A stretch of 64,000 bases of DNA from Phoronis australis (lineage: Eukaryota > Animalia > Phoronida): contig NMRA01000155.1 in assembly GCA_002633005.1 (NCBI GenBank), positions 1-64,000 of the forward strand, read 5' to 3'. A model generated the notes under the pieces. It had not been told where the DNA came from and did not search any database. It saw only the letters and a list, made by a program, of their open reading frames with translations. A program made the translations under genes and the position numbers. Shown here one piece after another: positions 42,201 to 55,880 of this stretch (within the stretch, counting starts at the first letter, position 1; each line of letters starts with the position of its first letter).

Positions 42201-45200
42201 TATTACCAGGCTCTCGTCATACACCTTCCAGGAGATGAACTACGCGCACGCAAATTATTATATTGTACGAAGTTTTCTTACTGAAGTGTGAGTGTGCTCG
42301 TATCCGTCTGGGTTAGCCACAGGGAGTATGTACCAATCAAACGTGTCTACCAATTGCTTAACTTCAGTACTAGTGGAATAGTCGTTGACCAGTCTCTCGA
42401 TGATGTATACCATGGTGGATACCGTCAGCCACTCGCGCGCGTGGATACCAGCGTCAAGCCATAAGGCAGGCTTAGTGTAACCATTTGCACTGGGTTTCCC
42501 AATCTACAGTGTCACAAATGAACAACGCAATTAAACTGAAGATTAAGTATTAAAATCATTATGATTCTGTGTTTCCGAAAACTGTTACCCACATGTAGGA
42601 AACAACGTCAAAGTTGAGAAATGATTCTGAAATCAATGAAGTAATGAAACTTTTATTTTTTTAATTTTGGTTAGTAAAACTCACATTCAAGTTGGGATAT
42701 ACATGTACTTCTTGTTATTTAAATAATAACCTTTGATCGTGGAAAACTTAAGCCACTCAAAAATGAAAAGATACTCACTCCAAAAACAGAATACAAAATC
42801 AGAGACGTCTTGAACATGGGCCCGTTTTATGAAAAGCAGGTTAAGCGTACAGTGGGGCCAAAGACCAACAATTTGTTTAGGTTATTACTGTAATTTGTGC
42901 TAAGTTAACACCAAAGACAAACATCCAGAAGAGAGCATTTCATGAACACAAAAGTTGTTTCGTGACTTTGGTCTTAACTTAGACACAGTCAAGGATATTT
43001 GGTCGTTCTTCACCCATATGAGCACACAAACGACGTTTTTGCCACCTGCTGCTAATAATCACAACGAGGCAGTGTGTGCAGCACAGTATCAAGAGTAATG
43101 TTGGTTTCGAAAATCAAATTGGGGATGAAGTTAGTAAATTTTTATACATTAGGGATGTTGTTATTGTTGGAAAAGCCTTGGTAATTTAGACCAAAACTCC
43201 ATAGCAGGCTAACTTCCGGTCTCGGCTTAGACTGATTTCAGTCTAAGTTTGGTAGTAAGAACTTTCATAGAAAGGGGCTAATACGTTTTAGTCTTTAGCA
43301 TGATTCCGGTCCCACTTTAGCCAGAAAAGGTTTGATGAAACGGATCCCGGAGTTACACTAGGGGCACACAGTGAGTACTCTATTGATTATGGCCAACGCA
43401 TTTTCTGCCCTCATGAACAAATAGTCTTCCTTGACCTGCGCACGCTACTGTAGATTGGATAGTCTATGTTAGGTTTGCTGACTTATGTAGCAAGGTTATG
43501 CAGTTTGACAAATACATTTTTTGTTTTAGATTTCGTTAACTCGGTTGTTATTCTTAAAAGTACTACAAAAGAATATGTCGTTATGAAATAGCCACCTACA
43601 TGTATATTACTTGTACGCGCATTCGCAGGTCAAGGAAGACTATTTGTTCATGAAATGCTTCGAAATAATTAAAAATTAATGCGTGCGCCAATTGATTAGA
43701 CTTTTGTTGTCGTAATGATGACTTTGAACTCATCATGATGATGAAAACGACAACGACTACGACAACGACGATGGTGATCAAAAGCGTTGGAAGCAGAATT
43801 TTTAAATAACAGTGTACATTTATATATTGTAGTATAGTAGCCACCCGGAGAGTTCTCATAGGAGATCTGGACTTTCTTAGTAGTATGAGATTTTTTTATT
43901 GTTTCACGTTGAGGTGGCCCCCTGAAGCATTTTAGCTGGATTGTAATAAAGGCAATTTTGAGAAGTTTTTTAAATATGCAAAATGTAGTCGCCATCATGC
44001 AAAATTCTGTTTTTGCTTTTAGCTTCCTTGCCAAGTACCATACATGTAGGTAGATTATTTTGATATTTTTATCTATATTTCCAAGGTCAGTGAGTCCAAT
44101 GGAGCTAGGATAAAAAGGACCATAGGTAAATTACATTGATTTTCGCCCTATGTTATTATGGTCAGTTAATTTAATGAAATCAGCAAGCTGTTGCATGATA
44201 AATTTACCTAATTTATGCAAATAATTGTCACCTTTACGTAAAATTCAGTATCTAATCGCGACTGCCTTACGGTGTAATTCATGTAAATCACCTTGATATT
44301 TGCACCCATGTCTTGCGGTCACAGAATTTACTGAGATCAGCTTGCTTGTCATAACCTAATAAATTTGTATAACTTATAAGTTATTCAGATACGGGTTGTT
44401 GACCTTATTCATTTTGAATGCCCCTCGCCCCCTAATAGATACAATCAACGCATATATTAATTATGCATGCAATCAAACAATTGCGACCAATTACAAGGTT
44501 TCACGATACATGTTATTTGTTTTTCCCTGGGACAGTTTTCATTCAATCACTCGGCATCGTGTCACCATGCGGTAGAAAAGTCTGCTGGGTAAGAGCTTCC
44601 AACTCCAAGTGTCAGTTACGATTACCCTAAACCCCAGTTCCGGGCCAGCAGCAAGAAAATCCCCAGATTCGCATCCCTTTGCTCAACACATGCACCAAAA
44701 GTGTACAATATGCGATGACCAAATTCTGGGGACCAGTGTCGGATGCATGGAACAGCCTCAAATAGGGTTCCAACTAAATTCCCTAAAGCTATTGCGTACT
44801 TGTGAGCTCATGTAAGCACTGATCGTCATTTTTTATGCTGCTTGAATCTAATAACTAAGTCAGTTTGCGACTTTGATATAAATAGCGAGTGAAGTCTACG
44901 TTGAATTTGCAATATTATTGAAAATAAGTAGGAATTATTTCACGCAACGCCCCTAATTTAAGAACAAAGTCCCTAATATTTTGACTTAATTAAGGGATCA
45001 TTAGAATACGTTAGTCAAAGAGGAGTTCATAATAAAGATAAAATAAAAGGAATGTTTGTGAGTAAAGAACGAAGCAAGTATACAAAAGATTTAAAGAAAT
45101 TAATTGAGTCCCTATTTGGGACTGTTTTAATCAACCGGGCTCAGATCCCAAAGTCATGTTTTTATAATTTAGCTGTGAATTAGAGATACGGCCATGGAAT

Positions 45201-48200
45201 CTAATAGTCGTTGGGAATCATATAGACTTTGTTCATCATGTATGGAGCTATTTCAGTGCATGTGTGGAGTTCACGGGGTTCAAATCTGCGCATTTGTACA
45301 ACAGATTTGTTATGTTCGAGTCTGGATTTGGAGTTTAAGGGGTCGTACCATGTAGCTGGATGCTAGACTACGTACAACGTGAAATTGTTTCATAAATTAG
45401 AATTATGAGTGTGGCAACTGTGTTGTTTGATAACCGAGAAGAGAAAACTTGAATCTGTGATGTGAGAATACACAGTACTTACTTTCAATACTTTCATCTG
45501 CCGTCCTTCGTAGGTTAGACCGATGTCAGTTACCCGGGCGATATGAGAGTTCGACGAAGCCATCTGTCCAAGCCATGTGTTCACCTGGAAAGCAGACGGC
45601 TTAGTCTGTTCAAACGGTTCCAAAAACCCGTTGCCTATCGTTACTGTTAAGTACAAAGGGTGTGGGGGTAATAACCAGGAGACCGTTTAATTAAAGGTCT
45701 TTAGTTCGATCGTAGCTAAGACGCCCGTGCTCGCTGGTGCAAAAACGACCCTAAGTTGTATATTTTTCATGCCCACAATCAACGATCGCCGCGTATGTAC
45801 AGTGAACAGTTTCCAAGTGAAGTTACGACTGTCTTAACACTAGATTTAAAACCTTTTGTAAAACGAGCCCAGCCTTTAAACAATAAGGAACAACAATTTT
45901 TAACAACGCGTGTCTCTATTAACTATCCTAGTTATATAAAGTTTTCACAATTATTTTAAATTCTGGTCTTCACGCCACCTGTTGGCCCGACACGTGACCC
46001 AATGAACGTACAGTGAGTTTTGTCGTGTGTTTTATTGATCATTATACGAAAATCAGCTACTGTCATATTTTAGCACTATAGCAAGCCAATATCGATTACA
46101 GTACTCATTAAAAGTACCACCATTTTTCAGAGAGTGCAACGTTTTCAATGTTTTCTGAAGTACCATCTTGTCAAACTGGGATGTTTCCTTGCATGGCTAC
46201 TAAGTGCTTGGTACTACGTCATATCCGATTCTTTATTTTTCGTTTTTTTTTTCAGGCATGCATACTCACCTCGTCAAAGCGAGGGAACGTATCAGCTATC
46301 GACATCATTGACCGCTTACGACGATTGCTTCTTGCCATTTCGTTTTGGTGATGCTCTATATTCATTGCAACTTGGATATCTCTAGAATTTCAATTGGAGT
46401 CACTTTAAATCGTGGCCATCGACTGCAGTTTGAGAGGTGTACAGGGTAACCATGCCAACAGAGACTTCANCCCCCCCCCCCCAGCCCCCTATGGTGCTCT
46501 GCCCATGCCATGCATACCGAAAATTAACCTAGACCAGATAACTGCTTTAGAGTCAACCGGTCAAAGCTTTTTGACTGAGTGAAGGCACGATATATTTTCT
46601 GAGTGTGGAAATTCCCTAGACTTTGATTTTCGACTCCATGCCAATCTGCCATTGATTAGGTCACGTGACCATGCTTTAAAGGAATTTATCGAAAAAGAAA
46701 GGTACAAAGCAACAAGATCAAAAGCGTGACCCAATTTCTCGATACAAATGTTCACTATAAAATCTATAAAAACGCTAATACCGTTTTCAAAATCACTGTT
46801 TCGTTTTGGATTCAAGCATATTTTGTTAACGGAAAAAATTAACGTCATGCTTTGATAGCCCTTCATGCAAAATTGGAACGGCCTTCGGATGGGTGTTAAA
46901 CAATGCATCGCGAGTTCCATAAATGCACGCGCTTAAAGGTATATACCCGCTTTGGCCTATTATGAATCAAATATTGGGCAAAAACAAATTTTGAAAATGT
47001 TTACACGTTCAATACGTGTAAGTGCTCGTATAGTACGATGCAGTTGGAACTGAAGTTGTTCATCGGTTGGAATGTACGCAATAGCAGCTTACAATGTACG
47101 TAGGACAGTCGTGGTCCCACCATGACAACAGGTCGCCGTTGCCGAAATTGTCACCATGGAAATAATTTCGGGATTTGACTTACTCATTCTTTATAGTGAC
47201 CATCAATCCGAGACTTTCTAGATCGTCTGTGGTTTCTTTGTACATTGCCGGTGAAACCAAAATGGAGGTTGGCCGTGACATGCGAGCAGGAGTCCAGAAG
47301 TCAATCTGAATACAAAGAAATAATTATGTCTCAAATCTTGAACAGTTAGAACAACACTAACTACGTCAAAAGTCTGTTACTGGATATCCTTTATATTTTG
47401 AACACAGGAATCAATCAGATAGAGCAACGAAGCACATGTTGCGCGCCTGTTTCTTGTGCAAAAACTATTAAATTAGACAGTTGGTCTTAAACAACGATTT
47501 TCATTGTTGTAAAATTGAAAATAATTAAATACACACCTTTGACCTAGTGTCAGAGAAAGAGAACAAGGGTAATACAAGTTTGAACTGACAATTCAGTTGT
47601 GTTTTGCTAACGTCCATTGGCTTTAACCTCACAATAAGTTATTGAATACCTGTTTTTAACCATTTTGATTAGTATAAGGTGTTTTGAATTCATCTATTTG
47701 TTTTAAAAGAGATTTTGCAAAGTTTTGATTTTGTTTTACAATCACGTTGAGGTCATTGGCATTAATTTTGTCTGACAAATTTCCGGAATCGTACTTTTTG
47801 GGAACACCAGAATTGTCCATGATTGTTGTCATAAGCACGCAGGTTTGCGATTTTATTTTGTCGGCTCAAACCTTAAGATTTGCTTTTATGTACAGTAGAA
47901 CATAGAAAATGGGTTTTGATCGTCTAACTTGGGTCCAGCAATTTTCCTGTACAGAACAAAATTAAAAAGATATAAACAACTCTGCTGTGCCACTTTTTGA
48001 ACACTGTGTAACAACTAAATCCAAAGCTTTATAACTAATTATTGGCCTGTTTTAAAACGTGATTTGAGTAAAGTCCTGAATACAATTTTGTTTTCGCGGA
48101 GCGTGATATTCACTACAGCTAATCGTGTATCAAGTTTACATGCAGACACCTACACCTCGCTGTCCTTCAAGTTGCCTTAAAGCGTCTAGTTGGTCGTCGT

Positions 48201-49429
48201 TTTTCGGAGTCACCTCGATCAGCTTGTATCTAAAACACACATTTTTTCATAATCAAGGACAAGTTTACGGATATACAAATCCCACCAGAATGTAACGTGC
48301 GTTAATATTTCTTGCTTGTTTTTCCAAATTAGCACGTCATCACGTACATGTACGCTGCCAAAAAGAAAGTGACAAGAGGAATAATTCTAGTAGTAAAAGT
48401 AATAATGATGTTAGTTATAATAACAATATCAATAATAAAAACAAAGACAATAATAATAATAATAAAGGTAATAGTAATAAAAATAATAATAGTAATAACG
48501 AAAATTATAATAATCATCATCATACCTGATCTAACTGATCAGCCAAGGTTCACACCGCCGGTGACTTCGCCTCTGAACATAATAACGAAACTGTTATCAC
48601 GTAATAATAGCCTTTGATATTAAATATGTGTACAATGTATAATGTATTTTGTAACTGACCTGCAAAATTTGTAACTGTTTACATGTTCCATAGTTCAGTT
48701 TAACCAAAAATTTGTTTACCGACATCTTTGTTGTAGGAAAGAAACCCGTGCAAGCAAATTAACACTAAATTGTTATCGATTACAACCAAACTTGCGCATG
48801 TAAATTATTGATCGCTGACAGTTCGTTTTTGCGCAAATCCAGACGTATGAAATTTCTTGTCAAGGCTTGTTACTTTTAGTTTTCCGTCTCATCCGCCAAA
48901 ACCTGACTGAACAGAACGTGCTTTTGAAATATCGCACAGGTTATTGTTGAAAGTTCCCTTATTTTTCCTTTAATTTTGGAGAAAGGATAATTTAATCATA
49001 GAATTTAACGTAATCAGTAACGTCAATTCTAACTTAAACTAGTGATAGCCTGTTATTCGAAATTTACGCAAACAGGCCCAACAAATTTACGGCCACTGGC
49101 TCCTAATTTTGAAAGTGTTCCGAATGTGATAAAAGTCCTACACTGTACCTTTGGAGCCTCAATTTCAATTCTGAGGGTTTGTATGGTTTCTGAATTGAAC
49201 AGTTCAAAAGGATGTCAGGAAAAACAACATTTTCTTCACCCTTTCAGGTCAACAAGTTCCTTTAGATACCAGTTTGTAATCATGTCGCTTTTGGGAATAT
49301 ACAGTGTTTGAAGCACATAATAGGTATGTATGTTTTGGCAAAAACTCACCCAGAGTAACTCTTTCTTCGAGGGGACCGAGCTGAGGCCGCTGCTGCCACA
49401 AGCACACAAAACACCACGACTCCTCGCAT
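39038..49429 (-). CDS. Zinc carboxypeptidase, peptidase family M14A (CPA/CPB-like preproenzyme), 10 exons, 429 aa
   Basis: Exons: 49350-49429, 48154-48229, 47184-47305, 46270-46381, 45483-45584, 42282-42503, 41794-41890, 40406-40611, 39347-39431, 39038-39225 (1290 nt including TAA). Signal peptide MRGVVVFCVLVAAAASA; propeptide (YKLIEVTP, IDFW); GIHAREW (H69/E72), NPDGY, [21 protein letters not shown] (H196), YAASGGSYDW, catalytic E270 in VLEL. Confidence 0.95.
39347..39431 (-). CDS. Carboxypeptidase exon 9
   Basis: ERVATIGAQALKSVNGRDFEIGNPPTIL; T|gtaagt. Confidence 0.92.
40406..40611 (-). CDS. Carboxypeptidase exon 8
   Basis: SGTSTDPCSDTYGGPNPFSE...SLHSYSQLWLTPWAY; gtaagt donor. Confidence 0.94.
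40942..41033. repeat. 19-bp minisatellite, about 5 copies
   Basis: Unit GTACTCCCCATTCAATGAC repeated head-to-tail with no spacers. Confidence 0.92.
41794..41890 (-). CDS. Carboxypeptidase exon 7
   Basis: [32 protein letters not shown]. Confidence 0.95.
42282..42503 (-). CDS. Carboxypeptidase exon 6 (zinc-binding HARE)
   Basis: KPALWLDAGIHAREW...WYILPVANPDGYEHTHTS; not in ORF track. Confidence 0.95.
42818..43349. mobile_element. Harbinger-like MITE in carboxypeptidase intron
   Basis: Imperfect TIRs GGGCCCGTTTTATGAAAAG and GGTTTGATGAAACGGATCCC. Confidence 0.5.
45483..45584 (-). CDS. Carboxypeptidase exon 5
   Basis: VNTWLGQMAS...IGLTYEGRQMKVLK; gtaagt donor. Confidence 0.92.
46270..46381 (-). 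CDS. Carboxypeptidase exon 4 (pro/enzyme junction)
   Basis: DIQVAMNIE...RSNRRKRSMMSIADTFPRFDE; gtgagt donor. Confidence 0.85.
47184..47305 (-). CDS. Carboxypeptidase exon 3 (propeptide)
   Basis: IDFWTPARMSRPTSILVSP...LMVTIKN; GA|gtaagt. Confidence 0.88.
48154..48229 (-). CDS. Carboxypeptidase exon 2 (propeptide)
   Basis: ttttag|A; YKLIEVTPKNDDQLDALRQLEGQRG; gtaggt donor. Confidence 0.87.
48398..48522. repeat. Degenerate (AAT)n microsatellite
   Basis: taataatgat...taataataat...catcatcat. Confidence 0.8.
49350..49429 (-). CDS. Carboxypeptidase exon 1 (signal peptide)
   Basis: MRGVVVFCVLVAAAASARSPRRKSYS, then GG|gtgagt. Confidence 0.85.
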
Positions 49430-49475
49430 TTTCACAAACGAATGACCGGAATGCTGGTACAAGTCAATGTCCTGA

Positions 49476-49483
49476 CCCTTATA
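49476..49483 (-). promoter_or_regulatory. Candidate TATA box of carboxypeptidase
   Basis: TATAAGGG about 50 nt upstream of the ATG, with Inr-like GCATTC/TCATTC 30-40 nt downstream of it. Confidence 0.35.
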
Positions 49484-52439
49484 CATGTGTAGCTCCGCCA
49501 TTTACAGCCTCTCGTAAATGGGAATGTAACATACAGCAGCAAGATAAGATTTTCGATTACTAAATGCCAGATGAATATAAATTATTTTAACCACAGTGAA
49601 AAATTTTTCTATTAGGCTTCCCTAAACAACTATTGTTTTTTTTTTAGTTTGACGGACTTTGTCGAACAATAACGACGAAAATAAATTCAATGATGTTGTC
49701 TCGTCACGGGAACAGCCTGGTTACCGGTGAAGTTTGGTTTTGTAGGCGTTACATACGACATGTCAGCTGTTATTATCACGTTTATTAATCATATGTAGGA
49801 AAACGTGTTTTTATGAAATGGCAACATCGGGCTCGTCATTCGGTGCATGCGCAAATTCATGCTTTCACGCTCTCAACATTAAAATACATGTAGCTCCCGT
49901 TTGCTTTTAGCTCCAGAAGACTGCTTTCTAAATTGAGGCCTAAATCAAGATATCAGTCTAGTCCATTGGTAAGCGTTCAAGTAAACAGTTGTCCGACATC
50001 AGGATTCGCGGCATGTCAATAGCTGACTTTCGAAATAGCCGCGCCATATTGAAATTCACTAACCCGCCAGACGGCGAGAGACTGACACTGGAATTTATTC
50101 CTTTATTTTTAAATTTAAAAACCACTGTGCAGTAACTGAACTTTTTCTGCCCGCCAAATCTGATTTGGCAGATCAAATGGAAGTCATTTCCGTGCTTGTA
50201 TTACTCTCGAGACCGTCAATACAAACAGTCTCCTATTATCTGTCATGGTTTAAAGATGTAACGAATTCAACATTGGGTACCAGAGAACAGAGATCCAACG
50301 CATCTTACATGTATATTTTGGGTTATTTTATTGTATTACATGCACTTTGGGTAGAATAACTTAAGACAACGTTTTACGAGGAATATCAATTTCACAAGCC
50401 AGTCAGCTCGAAAATAATCTGTTTTAGCCCACGATACATGTGGAGTGTATATATCGAATTATTTTGGCCAGTGTCCCATTGCCGTGAATCCTCATGCGGC
50501 AGTTATTCTCTACTCCACACAATAGGATGTTTTATCAGATTACATATTAAACAGGCCTATTCCCGACAGTGGAAATTCTACAAATCTATAAACGAAGTGC
50601 ATGAATAAGGTGTCATGAGACGGTGCGAGTTCAGACGGACTAGTTGAAGAGGCAATTTGAAAACAACTGTGTAAGGAATTGTACATTTCTGCCACCCCTA
50701 TTGAGAGGCCAATCCTATAACTGACGTCGATGGTGATGTGGTTGTAGGATCTGTAAGCTGAAATGTCTGTGCATGTCTTTTTGTGAACAATTTTTCAGGT
50801 AACCATAGGATTTGAAAGACTGTCAGAGCGATGGGATACTGTAAGTTAAAAAACAATAACCTCCGTTTATTTTTGACTCATTGTTTCCATCAAAATTACC
50901 TCTCATTGCCTCTTTGAACGAGAAACCTACATCGATATTAGCGTTTTGCGTTTATGGAATGTGCTTTCTTAATATTCTCCCATGGTTGTGTGAAGCGTGA
51001 TTTGTCGCACAATTACCACGAAAACGAAGGAATAAAATAGGGTCAGTCATTTTGTTTCATTAATGCCGCAAAAACATTTTAGCCTGAAGTATTTCGTTCA
51101 AGCGTAGTACAGGACTGTAAGTACGCGTTACAAAACTATGGACCAAAACGACCTGGAATGCCATGGTCACAGAGGGAATTAATGACAACCCTGAAATCTG
51201 TAGTAAAGGTTTCTCGCCGGCTTTAGCCTGTTTGCAGACGTGCTGACTACGAGAGCTCCAATAAGGTGTCGCGTATAGTAAGGACATTCATGGAAAATGA
51301 AATATGTGCATACACAGGTATGTTTCGAAATATCGTGTGTCTTTTAATTATGTCGCTAGGTCAGTTACTGTATCTATGTTCAGTTGAGAGTAGAGTTTTG
51401 TTCAGAAAGTATGAACGCAACGGAATAAAGACCGTGAACATTGAAAAGTGTCGTGCATTTAGCAAATTCTGTAGAACACAGGTAAACGTACATTATATAA
51501 GAAACAAAATGCGAGGTAAAATGAGGCGCCACAAAAAGGAAAAAAAAACAAGTACATGCCATTAACGTGGGAAGTGTCCCATTCGTAGAACTAATAATGG
51601 GTAAATTGGTATTGAAGAGTCCGATTAAAACCGTGAATTGCGGTAACTAAATCTTAGCAGGTGTCCGTTTCACAGGACCCGGAATCATGTATACAATGTG
51701 AGCTGGTGTAATCTTAACAGTTCCAACAATCAGGGTGAAACTATGTTTCACTAGAGAGTGCCCAGTTATGTTATATTTTAAAACAATGTTGATTAATTTG
51801 ACTCCGTTCGTCCAGACCCTCCCTCCTCCCGCGCACAGCTGGGTCGCCAATCCAACTGCATGCAATAAGCGAACAGAGTACATGTACACCTGTAGACTGT
51901 TTGCTGCGCGAAACTATCATTTACACCGTGGCCTGTGGCTTGGAAATTCGAAAATCACCCACACTCACGTGTGTCCCCATTATCGTAAGTCTAGTTAGTA
52001 GTTTTTAACATGCATGTGGTCTTTGCGTGTGCCGCAAAGCTTCACACTCGTCGTTATGAATGACGTCATATACCTGAAGCACAGAGTGGTTAATACGGCA
52101 AAATAATTGATGTTTTACTCATAGACTAGCCTTACAAGTTATAAAAATCCACGCACTCTTAAGGGTCATTGCAGTCTGAAAGTTTATCTTCTACGACTGC
52201 TGAACTCTCCACTTAGGCCTCAAAATGAATTACATGTACATGTGAGCTATGAGCTCGCGTCGAGTCGTGGAAATAACACAAGTGACAGTTGAATGAACTA
52301 GCCGCTTGTCCATTCAATAACCGATGTGCATATCCCAATACGCATGCGCAGATATTTAATCAGCTGGTGCATTGTGGGAACATAGTGAGTAACCCAAAAT
52401 GGCGATACAGATTAAGCGAGGTTAGTGATGACGTGACAG

Positions 52440-55400
52440 CTGTCGGCTATGAAGCACCAAAGGGTTCTTAAACGATTACTTTTCTGAAATTAAATGAGCT
52501 CAACTCTTTAAATCATAGAAACAAAAGAATTATGATATAGTTTACTTACAAGAAACATACAGTGTTCCTGCCTGCATTGATAAATGGGAACGTGAGTGGG
52601 GTTGTCCGGTATTTTCTAGTCACGGCACTAACCATAGTAAAGGCACTGCCATTTTAATTCATCCACGTTTGGATTTTGAACCATCTTTAGTCCAGAACGA
52701 TACTTACGGTAGAAAGAAATGCTCTCAATTGCAAAATTGCAAAACAAGATTTCATTTTACTCAATCTGTACTTTCCAAATGAAACCAGGAAACAAGTCGA
52801 ATTTCTGGATTTCATTAATTTAGAACTCCATAATTTTGTAAACAATAGCTTTGGATTTTATAAAACCTTTTGGAAAGTAATTAAAGGCGATTTTTGGCGA
52901 GCGTCACATACAGCTTTGGAAACAGTCACATGTCCAATTCTCAAAAGCAAAGCGTAATCACGTTAATAACAAAAAGTAAACAATCCCAGGAATTACTCTC
53001 ATTACACAATTAGAGACCTATCTCTCTTTTGAACTGTGACTATAAATTAATAACTAAAACAATTGCAAACAAAATATACAAAAACATTGACAATTTAATT
53101 CATCCAGATCAAACATCCTTGCCGAAACGTTATATAGGCCAGAATATGCGTGTAATTGACGATATGATTGAATTTTATAAAGAAAAGCACACCCTCGGTC
53201 ACATTGTATTCCTCGAATTCAAGAAAGCGTACGATACGGTAAAGTGGGGGGTTTTATTTCAGTCCTTAAAAGCTTTTAATTTTGGTGACGTTTTTATCAA
53301 TAGAATCCGTACACTGTATTCTGGAATTTCGTCATGTGTGTTTAACAACGGATTTACATCACAGTATTTTAACATAGAGAAAGGCCTCCGACAAGCAGAT
53401 CCACTATCAAGTCCGCTGTTCGTCCTGTGTGCGAAAATTATTTCACGTCATATCAGAAGCAATGAATTAATTAGAGGCTTCACAATAGCCAATCACGAAA
53501 TAAAAATTGCACAGTATGCAGACGAACAGTTCTTTTCATTAAAGACGTAGAATCTGGCAATAACTGTTTTAGATTTTTAGATTATTTTGGAACATTATCT
53601 GGACTCCATTTGAATTATGAAAAATGCCAAGGGATGTTTGCCTCAACAATGCACCGAAATCGTAAACCACTTTACGGAATCAGCTGGCCCCAAAAGCCCA
53701 TTAAATGTCTAGGAATATCCCCTGGCGGAAAAAGAGATGACGCTGAAAAACTCGATTTTGATCATTAAGCCCAAAATTTTAAAGGTCTTTTTAATTTTTG
53801 GAAAATACGAAATTTGTCCATAAAAGGCAGTATCTTCCTTACGAAAACTTTTGGTTTATCGAAACTCATTCATATGGTGTCAACTTTAGGTATCACCAAA
53901 AAATAAATCGTGAAATTAATAAACTTATCAGAGAATTTATTTGGTTAAATAAACCACCAAAATTAAAGAAACCGTAACTATTTCGCCATATCAAAAGGGT
54001 GGTTTGAAGTATCCTAACATGGAACTGATCAAGTTAAACGTATTATTTAATTGGGTCAAGCGTTTTAATACAGAGAATGAGGCAAGTTGGAAGATATACC
54101 CGAGGCATCTTTTCAGTCGTATCGGCGGTGTCCTTATTTTTTCATCCAATTTTCAACTGAAAACCCTAAAATGCGAAATTAAGAACCCTTTTTACAAAGA
54201 TGTTCTCATTACCTTTGATATTCTTAATCCTGAAATTTTCAAGGAAGTACCAATAGCCAAACAAGTAACATGGAACAATTGTAACTTAACTGTTAACGTT
54301 AAATCACTATTTACCAAGATCTGTACAATGCGGGCTTCATATTTTGTGAAGATTTTTAGATAGCCAGAACAAACTTCTTAAATGGGAAAGCATTAAGAAA
54401 AATGATAACTTAAAGGACACGTCTATCATACCATTTTCTTCCACTACAACGATCTTGAAGAAAGTTCTGAGTGTGTCGGATAGAAGGATTGTTAGTTGTA
54501 ATAACATTACATTTTTATTCTTCAATAGTTCCAATTCATGGATCAAAAACACATTTATTCACAAGTTTTCTGTAAAACCAGATAATTATGCGTTTTTACT
54601 CAACTATTACACAGACGCCGAAATTAAAGAAATATATAATCTCCCTTTCATTCTACCCATAAACACTCATTTGACAAAGGTTTAAATACTTTTTCATTCA
54701 CAAAAGAATTTATACAGACAACTGTTAAAAATATTTGATATTTTACAAAGAGACCAATGTCCCTACTGTGGCGAAGTCCAGACTTTTCAGCATATGTTTA
54801 ATAGCTGCTTCTGTGTTAAACGGAATTCTTTACATCATTTAATAAGTAAAGTTTTTAATTTACATACTGAGCCATCTATGTAGAATGTACCACTTCTTTG
54901 GCAATCTAAGTGAAATCTTTAATACCATATGCACTCATGCCCAACATTATATTTATACATCATCGAGAGATGGGTCTCAACCTTGTATTGATAAGTTTAG
55001 ATTTATACTTTTTGATGCAGTGAACCTCATTGTATTTATGCCACGCATAAAACTTCAGAACAGTGGAGTTTTTTGCAGGCATCTCTTTAAAATGATTCAA
55101 ACAATATATGGTGTTATTTTTTAACCACTTCTGTTGTATTATAAGAAAATTGGCACATTCACAAATATGCACCTACGTAAATGTAAACATAAGTTAATTA
55201 AACTGTGTGAATGTGAGTGTGAATGAGTGTATGAAAGTCCTTCCCCTTCCCGTTCCCCTCCCCTTTTATAATATTCTCGGCTAATTATTCGCCCAATCAT
55301 TTGGAGTATTTTCCAAATACTTATTTGTTCAATTAATATGATGTACAGTGTATTATACTCTAGTAAGTTGTAAAGATATGTAGTTGGGGCTACCCAACCC

Positions 55401-55460
55401 CAGCCGTATCTACTATTCATTAATAATATGCTTTCTAAGTAAAAAAACGTATGAAAAAAA
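52440..55460 (+). mobile_element. Decayed L1/Tx1-clade LINE (APE endonuclease, RT and CCHC finger), internally deleted
   Basis: LQETY...WEREWG...SHGTNHSKGTAILI and LLNLYFPNE (APE); RPISLLNCDYK, KKAYDTV, GLRQADPLS, QYADE (RT); CPYCGEVQTFQHMFNSC near 54757; many stops and frameshifts; both ends approximate. Confidence 0.88.
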
Positions 55461-55472
55461 AGATTACCTTTC

Positions 55473-55880
55473 TGCACGTTGAAATGTGCTTATTCAACGC
55501 ACATTTTTGCTTAATCAACGCTGAAAAGTGTAGTTAGCGCGTTGAAATGGTTCTTAAAGGAATATCTTTCTGTTCTTATTCAACGCGGAGAATTGCTTAA
55601 CCAAAGTATAATTTTAATCATTTCGTATGGTCCAATTTTGTCCGTCTTCTCAAATCTCAAAGTGGCTTTCGAAATGACTTTCTGCATCCGTGCAAGGGCA
55701 GTTCCGAAAATTGTGCTTCACCACGGCCATGGTTCGTGTGTATTGCCTCATCGCGGCGGTTGTTACTGACTGCAATGTTTTTGTTTGAGTAACTAATTCA
55801 GCGCGTTCAATAGGCTCTATTGCACCTGTACGCGTAATTTTGCAGAAGTAAGCGTTCAATAAGTACATTTGAACGCAAAG
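55473..55880. mobile_element. MITE with imperfect TIRs
   Basis: Left CGTTGAAATGTGCTTATTCAACGC versus right reverse complement CGTTCAAATGTACTTATTGAACGC; internal GCGTTGAA/TTCAACGC repeats. Confidence 0.6.

Noticed and set aside
48329-48617. Hydrophobic Ile-rich ORFs
   Set aside because: Translations of an (AAT)n microsatellite.
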